DNA from: an uncultured Acidobacteriota bacterium
GTDB lineage: Bacteria > Acidobacteriota > Terriglobia > Bryobacterales > UBA6623
DNA: 64,000 bases
Assembly (NCBI GenBank): GCA_963805925.1
Contig: CAWDWB010000007.1
Span: 395,133-459,132 of the forward strand
Direction of reading: 5' to 3'
Every line of letters begins with the position of its first letter. The first letter of the stretch is position 1. Of the stretch, positions 26,601 through 36,001 are shown piece after piece. The translations under genes and the position numbers were made by a program. The notes under the pieces are model-generated. The model did not search any database. It was not told the origin of the DNA and was given only the letters and a program-made list of their open reading frames with translations.

Positions 26601-27923
26601 ATGTCACTAATGAACAACACCGCGCGCCTCCTCGAACGTCGCAAGAATGCTGTTCCACGGGGGGTAGGCAGCTTTGCGGGGGAAACCTCCGCGGTCTCCG
26701 GTTCGGGCGCTCGGCTAACGGACGCCGACGGCAGGGAATTCATCGATTTTGCGGGTGGAATCGGCGTTGTGAATGCCGGTCATTGTCCCCCGGAAGTCGT
26801 CCAAGCGATCCAGGAACAGGCTGCGAAACTGCTGCACGCGTCCATTCACGTTGCCACCTACGAGCCGTATGTGGAGCTGTGCGAGAAGCTAAACGCTCTG
26901 CTGCCGCACGGCGATCACACCAAGACGATGTTGGTGAATTCGGGCGCCGAAGCGGTTGAAAACGCCGTCAAGATTGCCCGTCAAGCCACCGGCAAGAGCG
27001 CCGTTTTCTGCTATTCGGGCTCATTCCACGGGCGCACGATGATGGGCATGTCGTTGACGTCGAAAACTGCCTACAAGCTCGGTTGCGGTCCGTTCGCCCC
27101 GGAGGTCTATCGGCTCGACTTCCCCAACTACTACCACTTCAACGATGGGCTCTCTGAGCAGGATTTCTCCGATCGCGAGCTGGCCAAGTTTGTCGAAGCC
27201 TTCAGCATGTATGCGCCGGCGGAACATGTCGCCGCGGTGATTCTTGAAGTCGTGCAGGGCGAAGGCGGTTTCGCGCCGGTCCCCAAACGTTATCTGCAGG
27301 GCTTACGACAAATCTGCACGGAGCACAACATCCTGCTCATCCTCGACGAGGTCCAATCAGGCTTCTGCCGCACCGGGCGCTGGGCTGCCTACGAACACTA
27401 TGACGTCGTGCCCGACCTTTCGACTTGGGCCAAGTCCATGGGCAGCGGCATGCCGATTAGCGCCGTGATCGGGCGCGCCGAAATCATGGATGCCGCCCGC
27501 CCTGGTACGATCGGCGGCACCTACGGCGGTAATCCAGTCGCCTGCGCCGCTGCGCTAGCCACCATCCGCGTGATGGAGAAGCAAGACCTAAACGCGCGAG
27601 CCACAGTGATCGGCAATAAGATTCGAGCCCGTTTCGAGGCCCTCAAGGCGAAGGTTGACGTGATCGGCAATGTGCGCGGTTTGGGCGCGATGATCGGCAT
27701 GGAGTTCAGCTACAACCGCGACCCGACCAAACCAGCGGGCCCGGTAGTGGCGAAGGCCCTCAGCCTTGCCCGCGAGAAAGGCGTGTTGGCGCTGCCTTCG
27801 GGCGCACACGGCAATACGATCCGCACCTTATCGCCGCTGGTGATCTCGGACGCGGACCTAGATCGTGCTCTCGACGTAATTGAAGAATGTGTATTGGAAG
27901 CATCTAGGGGAACCACTGAATGA
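26601..27923 (+). CDS. Class-III PLP-dependent aminotransferase (GabT / omega-amine aminotransferase-like)
   Basis: ..DFAGGIGVVNAGHCPPEVV..NSGAEAVENAVKIAR..GSFHGRT..ILDEVQSGFCRTGRW..DLSTWAKSMGSGMPISAV..GGTYGGNP.. are canonical class-III motifs, including the PLP lysine. The likely start is the ATG at 26601 (MSLMNNTARLLERR..) rather than 26541. Confidence 0.9.
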   Translation: MSLMNNTARLLERRKNAVPRGVGSFAGETSAVSGSGARLTDADGREFIDFAGGIGVVNAGHCPPEVVQAIQEQAAKLLHASIHVATYEPYVELCEKLNALLPHGDHTKTMLVNSGAEAVENAVKIARQATGKSAVFCYSGSFHGRTMMGMSLTSKTAYKLGCGPFAPEVYRLDFPNYYHFNDGLSEQDFSDRELAKFVEAFSMYAPAEHVAAVILEVVQGEGGFAPVPKRYLQGLRQICTEHNILLILDEVQSGFCRTGRWAAYEHYDVVPDLSTWAKSMGSGMPISAVIGRAEIMDAARPGTIGGTYGGNPVACAAALATIRVMEKQDLNARATVIGNKIRARFEALKAKVDVIGNVRGLGAMIGMEFSYNRDPTKPAGPVVAKALSLAREKGVLALPSGAHGNTIRTLSPLVISDADLDRALDVIEECVLEASRGTTE

Positions 27924-28807
27924 CGCCGTTCGCCATTGCAGGCATGCAGCTCCACGTATCGGCTGTTCACGACAACGTGGCCTACATGAAGGCGCGACTC
28001 GATCTATTGATGCACATCTACCCTTGGGTACAGATGGTGGTCTTCAGCGAGTTGGCCGCCTTCGGTCCCTCGACCAAGCGCGCGCAGCGGCTCCCTGGGC
28101 CGGCGGAAGACGAGTTCCGCGACATGGCTGCTCGTCACGGCATTTGGCTGCTTCCGGGCACTCTATTCGAGCGCGACGGCGAGCACGTCTACAACACGGC
28201 CTCAGTCATCAATCCTGAAGGCGAGGTTGTCGGGCGCTATCGCAAGATCTTTCCGTTCCGGCCCTACGAGTTGGATGTCACGGCCGGCGATGAGTTTTTG
28301 GTGTTCGACGTCCCGGAAGTGGGCCGTTTCGGTGTGTCGATCTGCTACGACATGTGGTTCCCCGAAACCTCTCGCACATTGGCTGCGATGGGCGCCGAAG
28401 TCTTGTTGCATCCGACGCTGACAGGCACCATAGACCGCGAAGTTGAGTTGTCGATTGTACGCGCGACGGCCGCGCAGCAACAGTGCTTCATGTTCGACAT
28501 CAACGGCTCAGGAGATGGCGGCAACGGGCGGTCCATTATTGTCGGCCCTTACGGAGATGTGCAGTATCAAGCCGGTCACGCCGAAGAGATGATCCCGATT
28601 GAGATCGACCTCGACCGCGTCCGGCGCAGCCGAGAAGTCGGCCTTCGCGGCCTAGGCCAGCCGCTTAAGAGCTTCCGCGACAGGAACGTGCGCTTTCCCG
28701 TCTACGGCGACAACCCCACCGTCGGGGGCTATTTCGATTCGTTGGGGCCCCTGAGCAAACCCCACCGAGGCTCGACGGCAGGCCTGAAGAAGAGGGAGAC
28801 GGAATGA
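27920..28807 (+). CDS. Carbon-nitrogen hydrolase (nitrilase superfamily amidase)
   Basis: The Glu-Lys-Cys triad is visible (..VVFSELAAFG.., ..GRYRKIFPF.., ..GVSICYDMWFPE..). The start overlaps the upstream stop (ATGA). Confidence 0.85.
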   Translation: MTPFAIAGMQLHVSAVHDNVAYMKARLDLLMHIYPWVQMVVFSELAAFGPSTKRAQRLPGPAEDEFRDMAARHGIWLLPGTLFERDGEHVYNTASVINPEGEVVGRYRKIFPFRPYELDVTAGDEFLVFDVPEVGRFGVSICYDMWFPETSRTLAAMGAEVLLHPTLTGTIDREVELSIVRATAAQQQCFMFDINGSGDGGNGRSIIVGPYGDVQYQAGHAEEMIPIEIDLDRVRRSREVGLRGLGQPLKSFRDRNVRFPVYGDNPTVGGYFDSLGPLSKPHRGSTAGLKKRETE

Positions 28808-31572
28808 CGTTTAGGGAAAAGCGAAAATTGTTAGGCGAGAAGGCTTTTCGTGCCTACTACGACGCTTCGCAGTTTCGCACCGACGCTTGGAACGAGTTGA
28901 AGGTCGTCGTAGCGAAACTCGCGCAACAAAAGGAGCCGGATAGCGAGAAGACAGCGGACCTCAACCAGACTGTGGCCAACACCCTGGAGGTGCTCGAGGG
29001 AGTCGAAAACTACTGGGCCTTCCCTGGTGATCGCACGGTAAAGAAGCTTCGGACCGCTCTGAAGCGCGGCTGGAATCAGTCGTTGAAGCTCGACGTGGAC
29101 CGCATCGCGCGCTTGCTCGATAACGATGCTTACCGCCGCCGCGATCAAAGCGACATCTTTCGCGAGATTGAGGAGCACGAGGCCGCTCAGAAGGTAATCG
29201 ATGAAGACCGGGCGGTCGTCATTGAAAAACGACCTTATTTCGAACTCCTCGTTGTCGATCGATTGTCCCCCCGAGAGGAAGACGAGCTGCGGACAAGCTT
29301 GCTGGCCTTGCGACGGGATGACGATGCCTTCATCTACGACATTGTGGTGGTTCCCAGTTGTGAAGACGCCGTTATCGCGACGCTTTTCAATCACAACATT
29401 CAGTGTTGCTTGCTGCGGTATGGCTTCGACGCCCGCTCGCAGGCCAAGATTCCAGAACTACGAGCCTACCTCGATCAAGCTGACCCGGGCTTGCTGGCAG
29501 ACTGCGATGACGACGGTTATGTCGAGTTGGCCAATGTGCTCAAGGAACTGCGACCCGAGCTCAATCTCTTCCTGGTTACGGACGATTCGGTGGAGAATAT
29601 CGTCGCCCGCTCGGGAGGGATCTTTGATCGCATGTTCTATCTTGCCGAGGACTACCTGGAGTTACACCTCAGCATCCTCAAAGGCATTGATTCGCGCTAC
29701 GACACGCCGTTCTTTACGGCTCTAAAAGACTATAGTGCAAAGCCCACCGGCGTCTTTCATGCCTTGCCGATCTCCCGCGGCAAGACAATCGCCAAGTCTC
29801 ATTGGATTAAAGATATGGGCGACTTCTACGGTCGCAATATCTTCCTGGCCGAAACGTCGTCCACGACCGGCGGACTGGACTCTTTGCTGCAACCGACCGG
29901 CCCTATCAAAGAGGCTCAAATCAAGCTCGCCCGAGCTTACGGCGCACGCCAGAGCTACTTCGTGACGAATGGCACTTCAACCGCCAACAAGATCGTCATG
30001 CAGGCGCTGTGCCAACCCGGCGACATCGTGCTCGTCTCTCACGACTGCCACAAATCGCACCCCTACGCGATTCTGCTGAGCGGCGCTTTACCGGTCTATC
30101 TGGACCCCTACCCGCTTCCGCGATACACCATGTACGGCGGTGTGCCGCTTCGGCTCATCAAAGAAAACCTGCTCAAGCTCAAGAGAGCCGGAAAGCTGGA
30201 CCAAGTTCGCCTGCTGCTGCTGACGAATTGCACCTTTGACGGCGTTGTCTATAACCCGCTGCGGGTCATGCGCGAAGTTCTAGCGATTAAGCCAGACATG
30301 GTTTTTGTCTGGGATGAGGCATGGTTTGCGTTTGCCCGTTTCGCGCCTGCATATCGCCGACGCACAGGCATGTGGGCCGCAGGCCGTCTCCGTCGACTAC
30401 TGAAGAGCGACTCTTACGCGAAAGAATACGCCGCATGGGAAGAGACTTTCTCCGCCCTCGATCCCGAGGATGACGCGACCTGGCTTGACCAGGAGTTAAT
30501 GCCGGACCCCAGCAAGGCGCGGGTGCGCGTGTACGTCACACAGTCCACGCACAAAACGCTCACGTCATTCCGCCAGGGGTCGGTCATTCACGTCTACGAC
30601 CAAGACTTCGCGCGCAAGTCAGAGGGCGCTTTCGAGGAAGCGTATATGACGCACACCTCAACCTCCCCGAACTACCAGATTCTGGCTTCGCTCGACGTCG
30701 GACGCCGTCAGGTAGAACTTGAGGGCTACGAATTCGTCAAGAAGGCGGTTGAGTTGGCGATGTCCCTGCGGGAGCGTATCGAAGACAATCCGCAGCTCAA
30801 TCGCTGGTTTAAACTGCTGCGGGTCAGAGACATCATTCCGGCCGAGTATCGCTCTTCCGGTTTGGATCAATTCTATAGCCCCGATACGGGTTTCACGCGC
30901 ATGGAGCATGCCTGGCGCGACGATGAGTTCGCCTTGGACCCGCAGCGAGTAACGGTGGAAGTCGGAGGAGCCGGACTCGAAGGCGACGTGTTCCGTAGGA
31001 TCCTGATGGACCGCTTCGACATCCAGATCAACAAGACTTCTCGCAATACGGTCCTATTCATGCTCAACATCGGCACCACGCGAGGAGCAATTGCCTACCT
31101 GCTCGAAGTGCTGGGCAAGCTCGCGAGCGAGTTGGATGAAGAAGCCGAAGAGTGCAGCCCGATGGAGCAACGTCTATTCGATCAGAGCGTCGACAGGCTC
31201 ACCAAGCAGCTCCCGCCGCTGCCTCTATTCAGCCGTTTCCATAAAGCCTTTCGGCCCGATCCAACCGGCGACACGCCGGAAGGTGATCTGCGCACGGCGT
31301 TCTTCTTGGCCTACGACGAAGAAAAGTGCGAGTACCTCATGATGGACGGTACAGTCGCGCAAGCGATGGCCGAGGGCCGCGAGGTCGTCTCGGCCACCTT
31401 CGTGACGCCATACCCGCCCGGCTTCCCCGTTCTCGTCCCGGGTCAAGTCATCAGCGAGGGGATCTTGAGCTACCTTAAGGCCCTCGACGTGAAAGAAATT
31501 CACGGATACAACCCGCAGTTCGGTCTGCACGTGTTCCGGCAGAGCGCTCTGGATGCGCTCGCTCCGTCATGA
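28804..31572 (+). CDS. Fold-type I Orn/Lys/Arg decarboxylase family protein (922 aa) with extended N-terminus
   Basis: Major domain ..FHALPISRGK..SYFVTNGTSTANKIVMQA..DCHKSH..LLLLTNCTFDGVVYN..VYVTQSTHKTLTSFRQGS.. (S-x-H-K PLP lysine). A receiver-like 'wing' is at about aa 150-290. An extra ~140-aa helical N-terminal segment is present. The start overlaps the upstream stop (ATGA). Confidence 0.85.
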   Translation: MTFREKRKLLGEKAFRAYYDASQFRTDAWNELKVVVAKLAQQKEPDSEKTADLNQTVANTLEVLEGVENYWAFPGDRTVKKLRTALKRGWNQSLKLDVDRIARLLDNDAYRRRDQSDIFREIEEHEAAQKVIDEDRAVVIEKRPYFELLVVDRLSPREEDELRTSLLALRRDDDAFIYDIVVVPSCEDAVIATLFNHNIQCCLLRYGFDARSQAKIPELRAYLDQADPGLLADCDDDGYVELANVLKELRPELNLFLVTDDSVENIVARSGGIFDRMFYLAEDYLELHLSILKGIDSRYDTPFFTALKDYSAKPTGVFHALPISRGKTIAKSHWIKDMGDFYGRNIFLAETSSTTGGLDSLLQPTGPIKEAQIKLARAYGARQSYFVTNGTSTANKIVMQALCQPGDIVLVSHDCHKSHPYAILLSGALPVYLDPYPLPRYTMYGGVPLRLIKENLLKLKRAGKLDQVRLLLLTNCTFDGVVYNPLRVMREVLAIKPDMVFVWDEAWFAFARFAPAYRRRTGMWAAGRLRRLLKSDSYAKEYAAWEETFSALDPEDDATWLDQELMPDPSKARVRVYVTQSTHKTLTSFRQGSVIHVYDQDFARKSEGAFEEAYMTHTSTSPNYQILASLDVGRRQVELEGYEFVKKAVELAMSLRERIEDNPQLNRWFKLLRVRDIIPAEYRSSGLDQFYSPDTGFTRMEHAWRDDEFALDPQRVTVEVGGAGLEGDVFRRILMDRFDIQINKTSRNTVLFMLNIGTTRGAIAYLLEVLGKLASELDEEAEECSPMEQRLFDQSVDRLTKQLPPLPLFSRFHKAFRPDPTGDTPEGDLRTAFFLAYDEEKCEYLMMDGTVAQAMAEGREVVSATFVTPYPPGFPVLVPGQVISEGILSYLKALDVKEIHGYNPQFGLHVFRQSALDALAPS

Positions 31573-31602
31573 ACCGACTGCCCAACCAAGAAAAGGATTC
31601 CT

Positions 31603-33066
31603 ATGAAGACACTGCACGGCATTTCCGACATCAGACGCTACTTCTACCAGAACACCACGCCGACCTACTTCGTCTCCGCGACGAACTTCAACTTGCTGGG
31701 CATGGACGAGTGGGTTCGGAACTTCAAGTTCATCAGCTACATCGACTGCTTTGACGGAGCGCACCCCAACGTCATCACGCCGTCGCAGAAAACCGATCAA
31801 GTCTTCAATTCCATCGAAGAGATCAACAACTATCTGCTTGAGCACAAAGAGATCGTCGATTACATCAAGTCTCGTGGTCCAGGCGGTCGCGTGGTCTTCC
31901 TCATGTTCGACGAGCGAACCGAAGAACTAGCCAAAGAGTTGGGTCTTGAAGTCTGCTTCCCGCCGGCTGCGTTGCGCGAGGCCGTCGACAACAAGATCGA
32001 GACCACCCGCATCGGCGATGAAGCAGGCGTGCCTAGCGTGCCCAACTGGCTCGGCAAGGTCGAGAGCTACGAGAAGATGCGCGAGTTGGCCCAGAAGGCC
32101 GGGCTTGGCGACCGCGTCGTGATTCAATCCGCTTTCGGCGACTCCGGACACACGACGTTCTTTATCGCCTCGAAAGAGGACTATCAGAAACACGCCGAAG
32201 AGATCGAGAAAGAGCGGGAAGTCAAGATCATGAAATGGATCAAGCCCCGCGGCTCGGCGCTTGAGGCTTGTGTGACGCGCCACGGAACCATCGTTGGTCC
32301 GCTGATGACCGAGCTGGTGGGATTCAAGGAACTAACGCCCTACAAAGGCGGCTGGTGCGGCAACGAGGTCTTCGCCGGGGCCTTCTCGGCAGATCAGCGG
32401 CGAAAGGCCCGCGAGTACACGTTCCAGTTCGGCGAGGCGCTTCGCAAGCGTGGTTACCGCGGCTACTTCGAGGTCGATTACTTGCTCGACGAGGATTCCG
32501 GCGAACTGTATCTCGGCGAAGTGAATCCCCGCATCACCGGCGCCAGTTCAATGACCAACCTCGCCTCCTTCGCGCAAGCCGATGCTCCGCTGTTCTTGTT
32601 CCACTTGCTAGAGTTTTCGGGCGTCGACTTTGAACTGGATGTGGAAGAGCTGAATGAGCGCTGGGCGGACCCAGACAACGTCGATTCCTGGTCGCAACTC
32701 GTCGTCAAACATACTCGCGATACGGTGGAGTTCATCAACGAGGCTCCACGTACCGGAATCTGGAAGCTTCACGAGGATGGAACCACGGAGTTCCGGCGCA
32801 CCCAGACTCATCGCCGCACCGTGGAAGACGAGAGCGAAGCCTTCTGGCTGCGTATCTCCGACGTCGGGGACTACTTTTATGAAGGCGCCGATCTCGGCAT
32901 CCTCGTCACGCCAGGCCGCCTCATGACGGACGACTTCCAACTCACTGACCGCGCTAAAGCCTGGATTCACGGGATTCGTAACCAGTACCGCGCACGCCCT
33001 CTGCAGGCTACCGAAACGACCGCGGCTGAGCGCGTCGCGGAAGTCGCTGGCTTTAAGCTCCTTTAG
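31603..33066 (+). CDS. ATP-grasp domain ligase (carboxylate-amine ligase-like) with N-terminal pre-ATP-grasp-like region
   Basis: ..AALREAVDNKIETTRIGDEAGVPSVPN..VVIQSAFGDSGHTTFFI..KIMKWI..GWCGNEV..GYRGYFEVDYLLDEDSGELYLGEVNPRITGASSMTN.. shows the ATP-grasp fold including the E-x-N Mg/ATP site. Substrates are unknown. Confidence 0.8.
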   Translation: MKTLHGISDIRRYFYQNTTPTYFVSATNFNLLGMDEWVRNFKFISYIDCFDGAHPNVITPSQKTDQVFNSIEEINNYLLEHKEIVDYIKSRGPGGRVVFLMFDERTEELAKELGLEVCFPPAALREAVDNKIETTRIGDEAGVPSVPNWLGKVESYEKMRELAQKAGLGDRVVIQSAFGDSGHTTFFIASKEDYQKHAEEIEKEREVKIMKWIKPRGSALEACVTRHGTIVGPLMTELVGFKELTPYKGGWCGNEVFAGAFSADQRRKAREYTFQFGEALRKRGYRGYFEVDYLLDEDSGELYLGEVNPRITGASSMTNLASFAQADAPLFLFHLLEFSGVDFELDVEELNERWADPDNVDSWSQLVVKHTRDTVEFINEAPRTGIWKLHEDGTTEFRRTQTHRRTVEDESEAFWLRISDVGDYFYEGADLGILVTPGRLMTDDFQLTDRAKAWIHGIRNQYRARPLQATETTAAERVAEVAGFKLL

Positions 33067-33073
33067 CCCGCTC

Positions 33074-34093
33074 ATGCACCTCCGCTTCCGCAGCGTCAGC
33101 GAAATGCAGCCGGGCAAGCACACCCAGCGACGCTTTGAACGTCTCTGGCCGGACATGCGCGCCTGGTTTTTGCGGGAAGGCGAGGGCGCTCGGCCGGGAT
33201 ACGTCAGTTGCCGTCGAGCGCTTGAGCAGTACATGCCCGAGTTGCTGCCCTTGTGGGGCCGCCTGTGTGACCTCGTGGGGGGCGGCGATCAGGAGGCGCG
33301 CATGCTCAGTCTTTACCGCCCGACACCCTACATGAGCGGGTGTTCGCAGGCGGTTTGGACGCGCGATCCATGCCCTCTTCTTGCCCGCAACTACGATTAC
33401 CATCCCCTTCACTGCGAGGGCACGATCCTGCTGAGCAAGTGGCACGGGGTCAAGACGATCGTGCAGACGGACTGTCTCTGGGGCGCTCTCGACGGGATGA
33501 ATGAGTATGGGTTGGTCGTCTCCTTGGCTTTCGGCGGCAGCCAAACCGTCGGCGACGGTTTTGGCATCCCGCTCGTCCTGCGATACATCCTGGAGTTTTG
33601 TAAGGATGTCGATGAGGCCCGTGCGGTGTTGATGCGCGTGCCGTCTCACATGGCCTACAACGTCATGGCCGTCGACCCCTCCGGCCGATTCATCAACGCA
33701 CATGTTTACCCTGGCCGTGAGACGCTCTTCGCCAATAGCGCCGCGGCGACGAACCATCAGAGCGAGGTCGAATGGGCTCGCCACGCAGAGGTTACTGACA
33801 GTGTGGGACGGGAGCAGTACCTCCGAGAACAGCTCGATTCGCCGACACTGAACCGAGGACGGTTCGCCGACCAATTCCTCGAATCACCGCTCTACAACAC
33901 GCGATGGGCCGAAGGCTTCGGCACCCTCTACACCGCTGTTTACGACCCGTTGGAGAAGTCCGTTGAATACCGCTGGCCTAGCCATACCTGGCAGTTGAAC
34001 TTCGACAGCTTCGCTGAGTCGACGTTGCTCCTGCGGGCCCGGAAGGCCACAGCAGAAGCACCCCAGGCGGGTTTGGCGATTGACGGATATTGA
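33074..34093 (+). CDS. Peptidase C45 / acyl-CoA:6-APA acyltransferase-like Ntn amidohydrolase
   Basis: 339 aa. ..PTPYMSGCSQAVWTRD..LLARNYDY..DGMNEYGLVVSL..AYNVMAVDPSG.. resembles the C45/choloylglycine-type Ntn hydrolase pattern with a putative nucleophile Cys in SGCS. Confidence 0.65.
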   Translation: MHLRFRSVSEMQPGKHTQRRFERLWPDMRAWFLREGEGARPGYVSCRRALEQYMPELLPLWGRLCDLVGGGDQEARMLSLYRPTPYMSGCSQAVWTRDPCPLLARNYDYHPLHCEGTILLSKWHGVKTIVQTDCLWGALDGMNEYGLVVSLAFGGSQTVGDGFGIPLVLRYILEFCKDVDEARAVLMRVPSHMAYNVMAVDPSGRFINAHVYPGRETLFANSAAATNHQSEVEWARHAEVTDSVGREQYLREQLDSPTLNRGRFADQFLESPLYNTRWAEGFGTLYTAVYDPLEKSVEYRWPSHTWQLNFDSFAESTLLLRARKATAEAPQAGLAIDGY

Positions 34094-34233
34094 GGCGGGT
34101 CACGGTGGTCGAATGGAATCTCCATTCGAGGGCGATTGGGTTCGGGGCCAGGGGCTCTCAACACCTGCGAGGACCGCCGCCAGTCATCCAGATGCAGCAG
34201 GCGAGACTCCTCGCGGAGGCTCGATTCGGGCGT

Positions 34234-35814
34234 TCACTCGGGCCGCGATATCGACAGATCGAATACCGAAGAGCGTCCGACTTGCCGGTCGGGATTGTCC
34301 TCGCCGAAGCCATGCTCGGAATTCCAGGCTTGGATCTCGCTCACGGACATCCTCGCGAACCAAGCGTCATAGTAGGGTCTCTCGGCCTTGTCCATCAGCT
34401 CGTTCAGCTGTCCCCAGAGCCTTTTGCGAACGTCGAGATAGGCGGGATTGGTCAACAGGTTCTTGTCCTGGTAGCCATTACCGTTCTTCCACAGCCGGTG
34501 CTCGCCCCGATCCGTCACGGCGTATGTGTAATCGTCTGTCACGATCGCCCGCCAGATGATCTCGTGGCGGCTGCCGCGGTTGTTCATGTTCGAAGGGTGC
34601 GCCATATAAACTGGACCAGGCTTGGCGGCGTCCGGCTGGCCCCGCAGCAGCGGCGCAAGATCGGTCCCGGGGAGCGATGCGATGTAATCTGCGGATTCAG
34701 ACGCCTGCGGCGTTCCAGCTTCTGCCAGTCGACCCTCAAGCCCGGCGAGCGAGGCCAGCGTCGGGAAGACGTCGATGGTCGAGGTCGGCCTGTCGATCAC
34801 CGCATCTGCCGGCAGCCGACCCGGCCAGCGGATCAGGAAGGGCACGCGCGCTGACTCGTCGTTGGGGTGTCGCTTCTGTCCGTAGGCGACGCCGTCGATC
34901 CCCGTCATTGCGCCATGGTCGGAGGTGTAGATGAGGATCGTATCCTCTGCGATTCCCAGCTCGTCGAGCCGTGTCATCACTCGCGCTAGGTCGTCATCGA
35001 TGCCGCTGACAAGCGCGTGGTAGTCACGGTGCTGATCGAAATCGCGAATCTCGTCAAGCGGATGAAAGGGCAACTCCTTCTCGCTCGGATACAACGCCTT
35101 TTTCTCTTCGGGCGCGTCATCAAACGGGCCATGCGGGGGGTTGAGCGAGATCACCGCAAAGAAGGGAGCAGGGTCTTGCGAGACTTGTCCGATCCACTCG
35201 AGCGCCTGTTCGGTCATCGCGGCGGCATTCGATTCGCCTGTCCAGATCTGCGGCTCGCCGCCATCGACGATGTAGGGGTTCCTTCTGTGGTTGTTGGTAT
35301 CGTTCCAGACAATTGAGCGATCGAAGCCGAATGGGCGAGCGTCACTGCCGCCCAGGTGCCATTTGCCAAAATGCCCTGTGCGGTATCCGGCATCCTTGAA
35401 GGCCCAGCTCATCGTGCCGCGCGTCTGCTTGCCTTCGGGCATGTCAACTCGCTCGGCAAGGTGCATGTGGTTTGCCATCAAGCCCTGCTGATAAGGCCAG
35501 TGCCCTGTCATCATGAGCGCACGGTAGGGCGTACAGAGGGGTAGATTGACGTAGTAGCGCTGCAGCGAGACGCCCTCCGTCTTCAGTCGCTCCATCGCCG
35601 GCGTTTGGACCTGCGGAGTCTGAGTAAACGACATTGCGCCCCAGCGATGGGTGTCGCTCTGAACGTACACGACGTTCGGAGCCCTCTCGGGCGGCGGTCC
35701 GCTGCAAGCCAGCAAAGCTCCCGACAGCGCACTGAGCACAACCAGAAGCCCGGTAGGCAAATCACGCCTGATGCCGGCGAATCGTCTGTTTGTCAAATGG
35801 TCGCGCGGGTCCAT
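34234..35814 (-). CDS. Cys-type sulfatase (arylsulfatase family), probable lipoprotein
   Basis: ..VYVQSDTHRW.., FGly motif LPLCTPYRALMMTG (C-x-P-x-R), ..GKWHLG.., ..LIYTSDHGA... N-terminal ..GALLACSG lipobox. Confidence 0.9.
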   Translation of the reverse strand: MDPRDHLTNRRFAGIRRDLPTGLLVVLSALSGALLACSGPPPERAPNVVYVQSDTHRWGAMSFTQTPQVQTPAMERLKTEGVSLQRYYVNLPLCTPYRALMMTGHWPYQQGLMANHMHLAERVDMPEGKQTRGTMSWAFKDAGYRTGHFGKWHLGGSDARPFGFDRSIVWNDTNNHRRNPYIVDGGEPQIWTGESNAAAMTEQALEWIGQVSQDPAPFFAVISLNPPHGPFDDAPEEKKALYPSEKELPFHPLDEIRDFDQHRDYHALVSGIDDDLARVMTRLDELGIAEDTILIYTSDHGAMTGIDGVAYGQKRHPNDESARVPFLIRWPGRLPADAVIDRPTSTIDVFPTLASLAGLEGRLAEAGTPQASESADYIASLPGTDLAPLLRGQPDAAKPGPVYMAHPSNMNNRGSRHEIIWRAIVTDDYTYAVTDRGEHRLWKNGNGYQDKNLLTNPAYLDVRKRLWGQLNELMDKAERPYYDAWFARMSVSEIQAWNSEHGFGEDNPDRQVGRSSVFDLSISRPE

Positions 35815-36001
35815 CTTGGTAACTGGCTACCGGAGCACTTAAGGGCTCCACCAGTATTCGGTCATTATGTCCGAGTTGGACGACGGTGACCAAGCTGCAT
35901 GAAAGCACTCGAACACTCTTCTTCCAGGAGGCAGCGGCGCTTACTCGGAGTCAATTCAAATTGACATCCGGGCTGCAGACCGGTCGGCCTGATTGGGGGA
36001 A

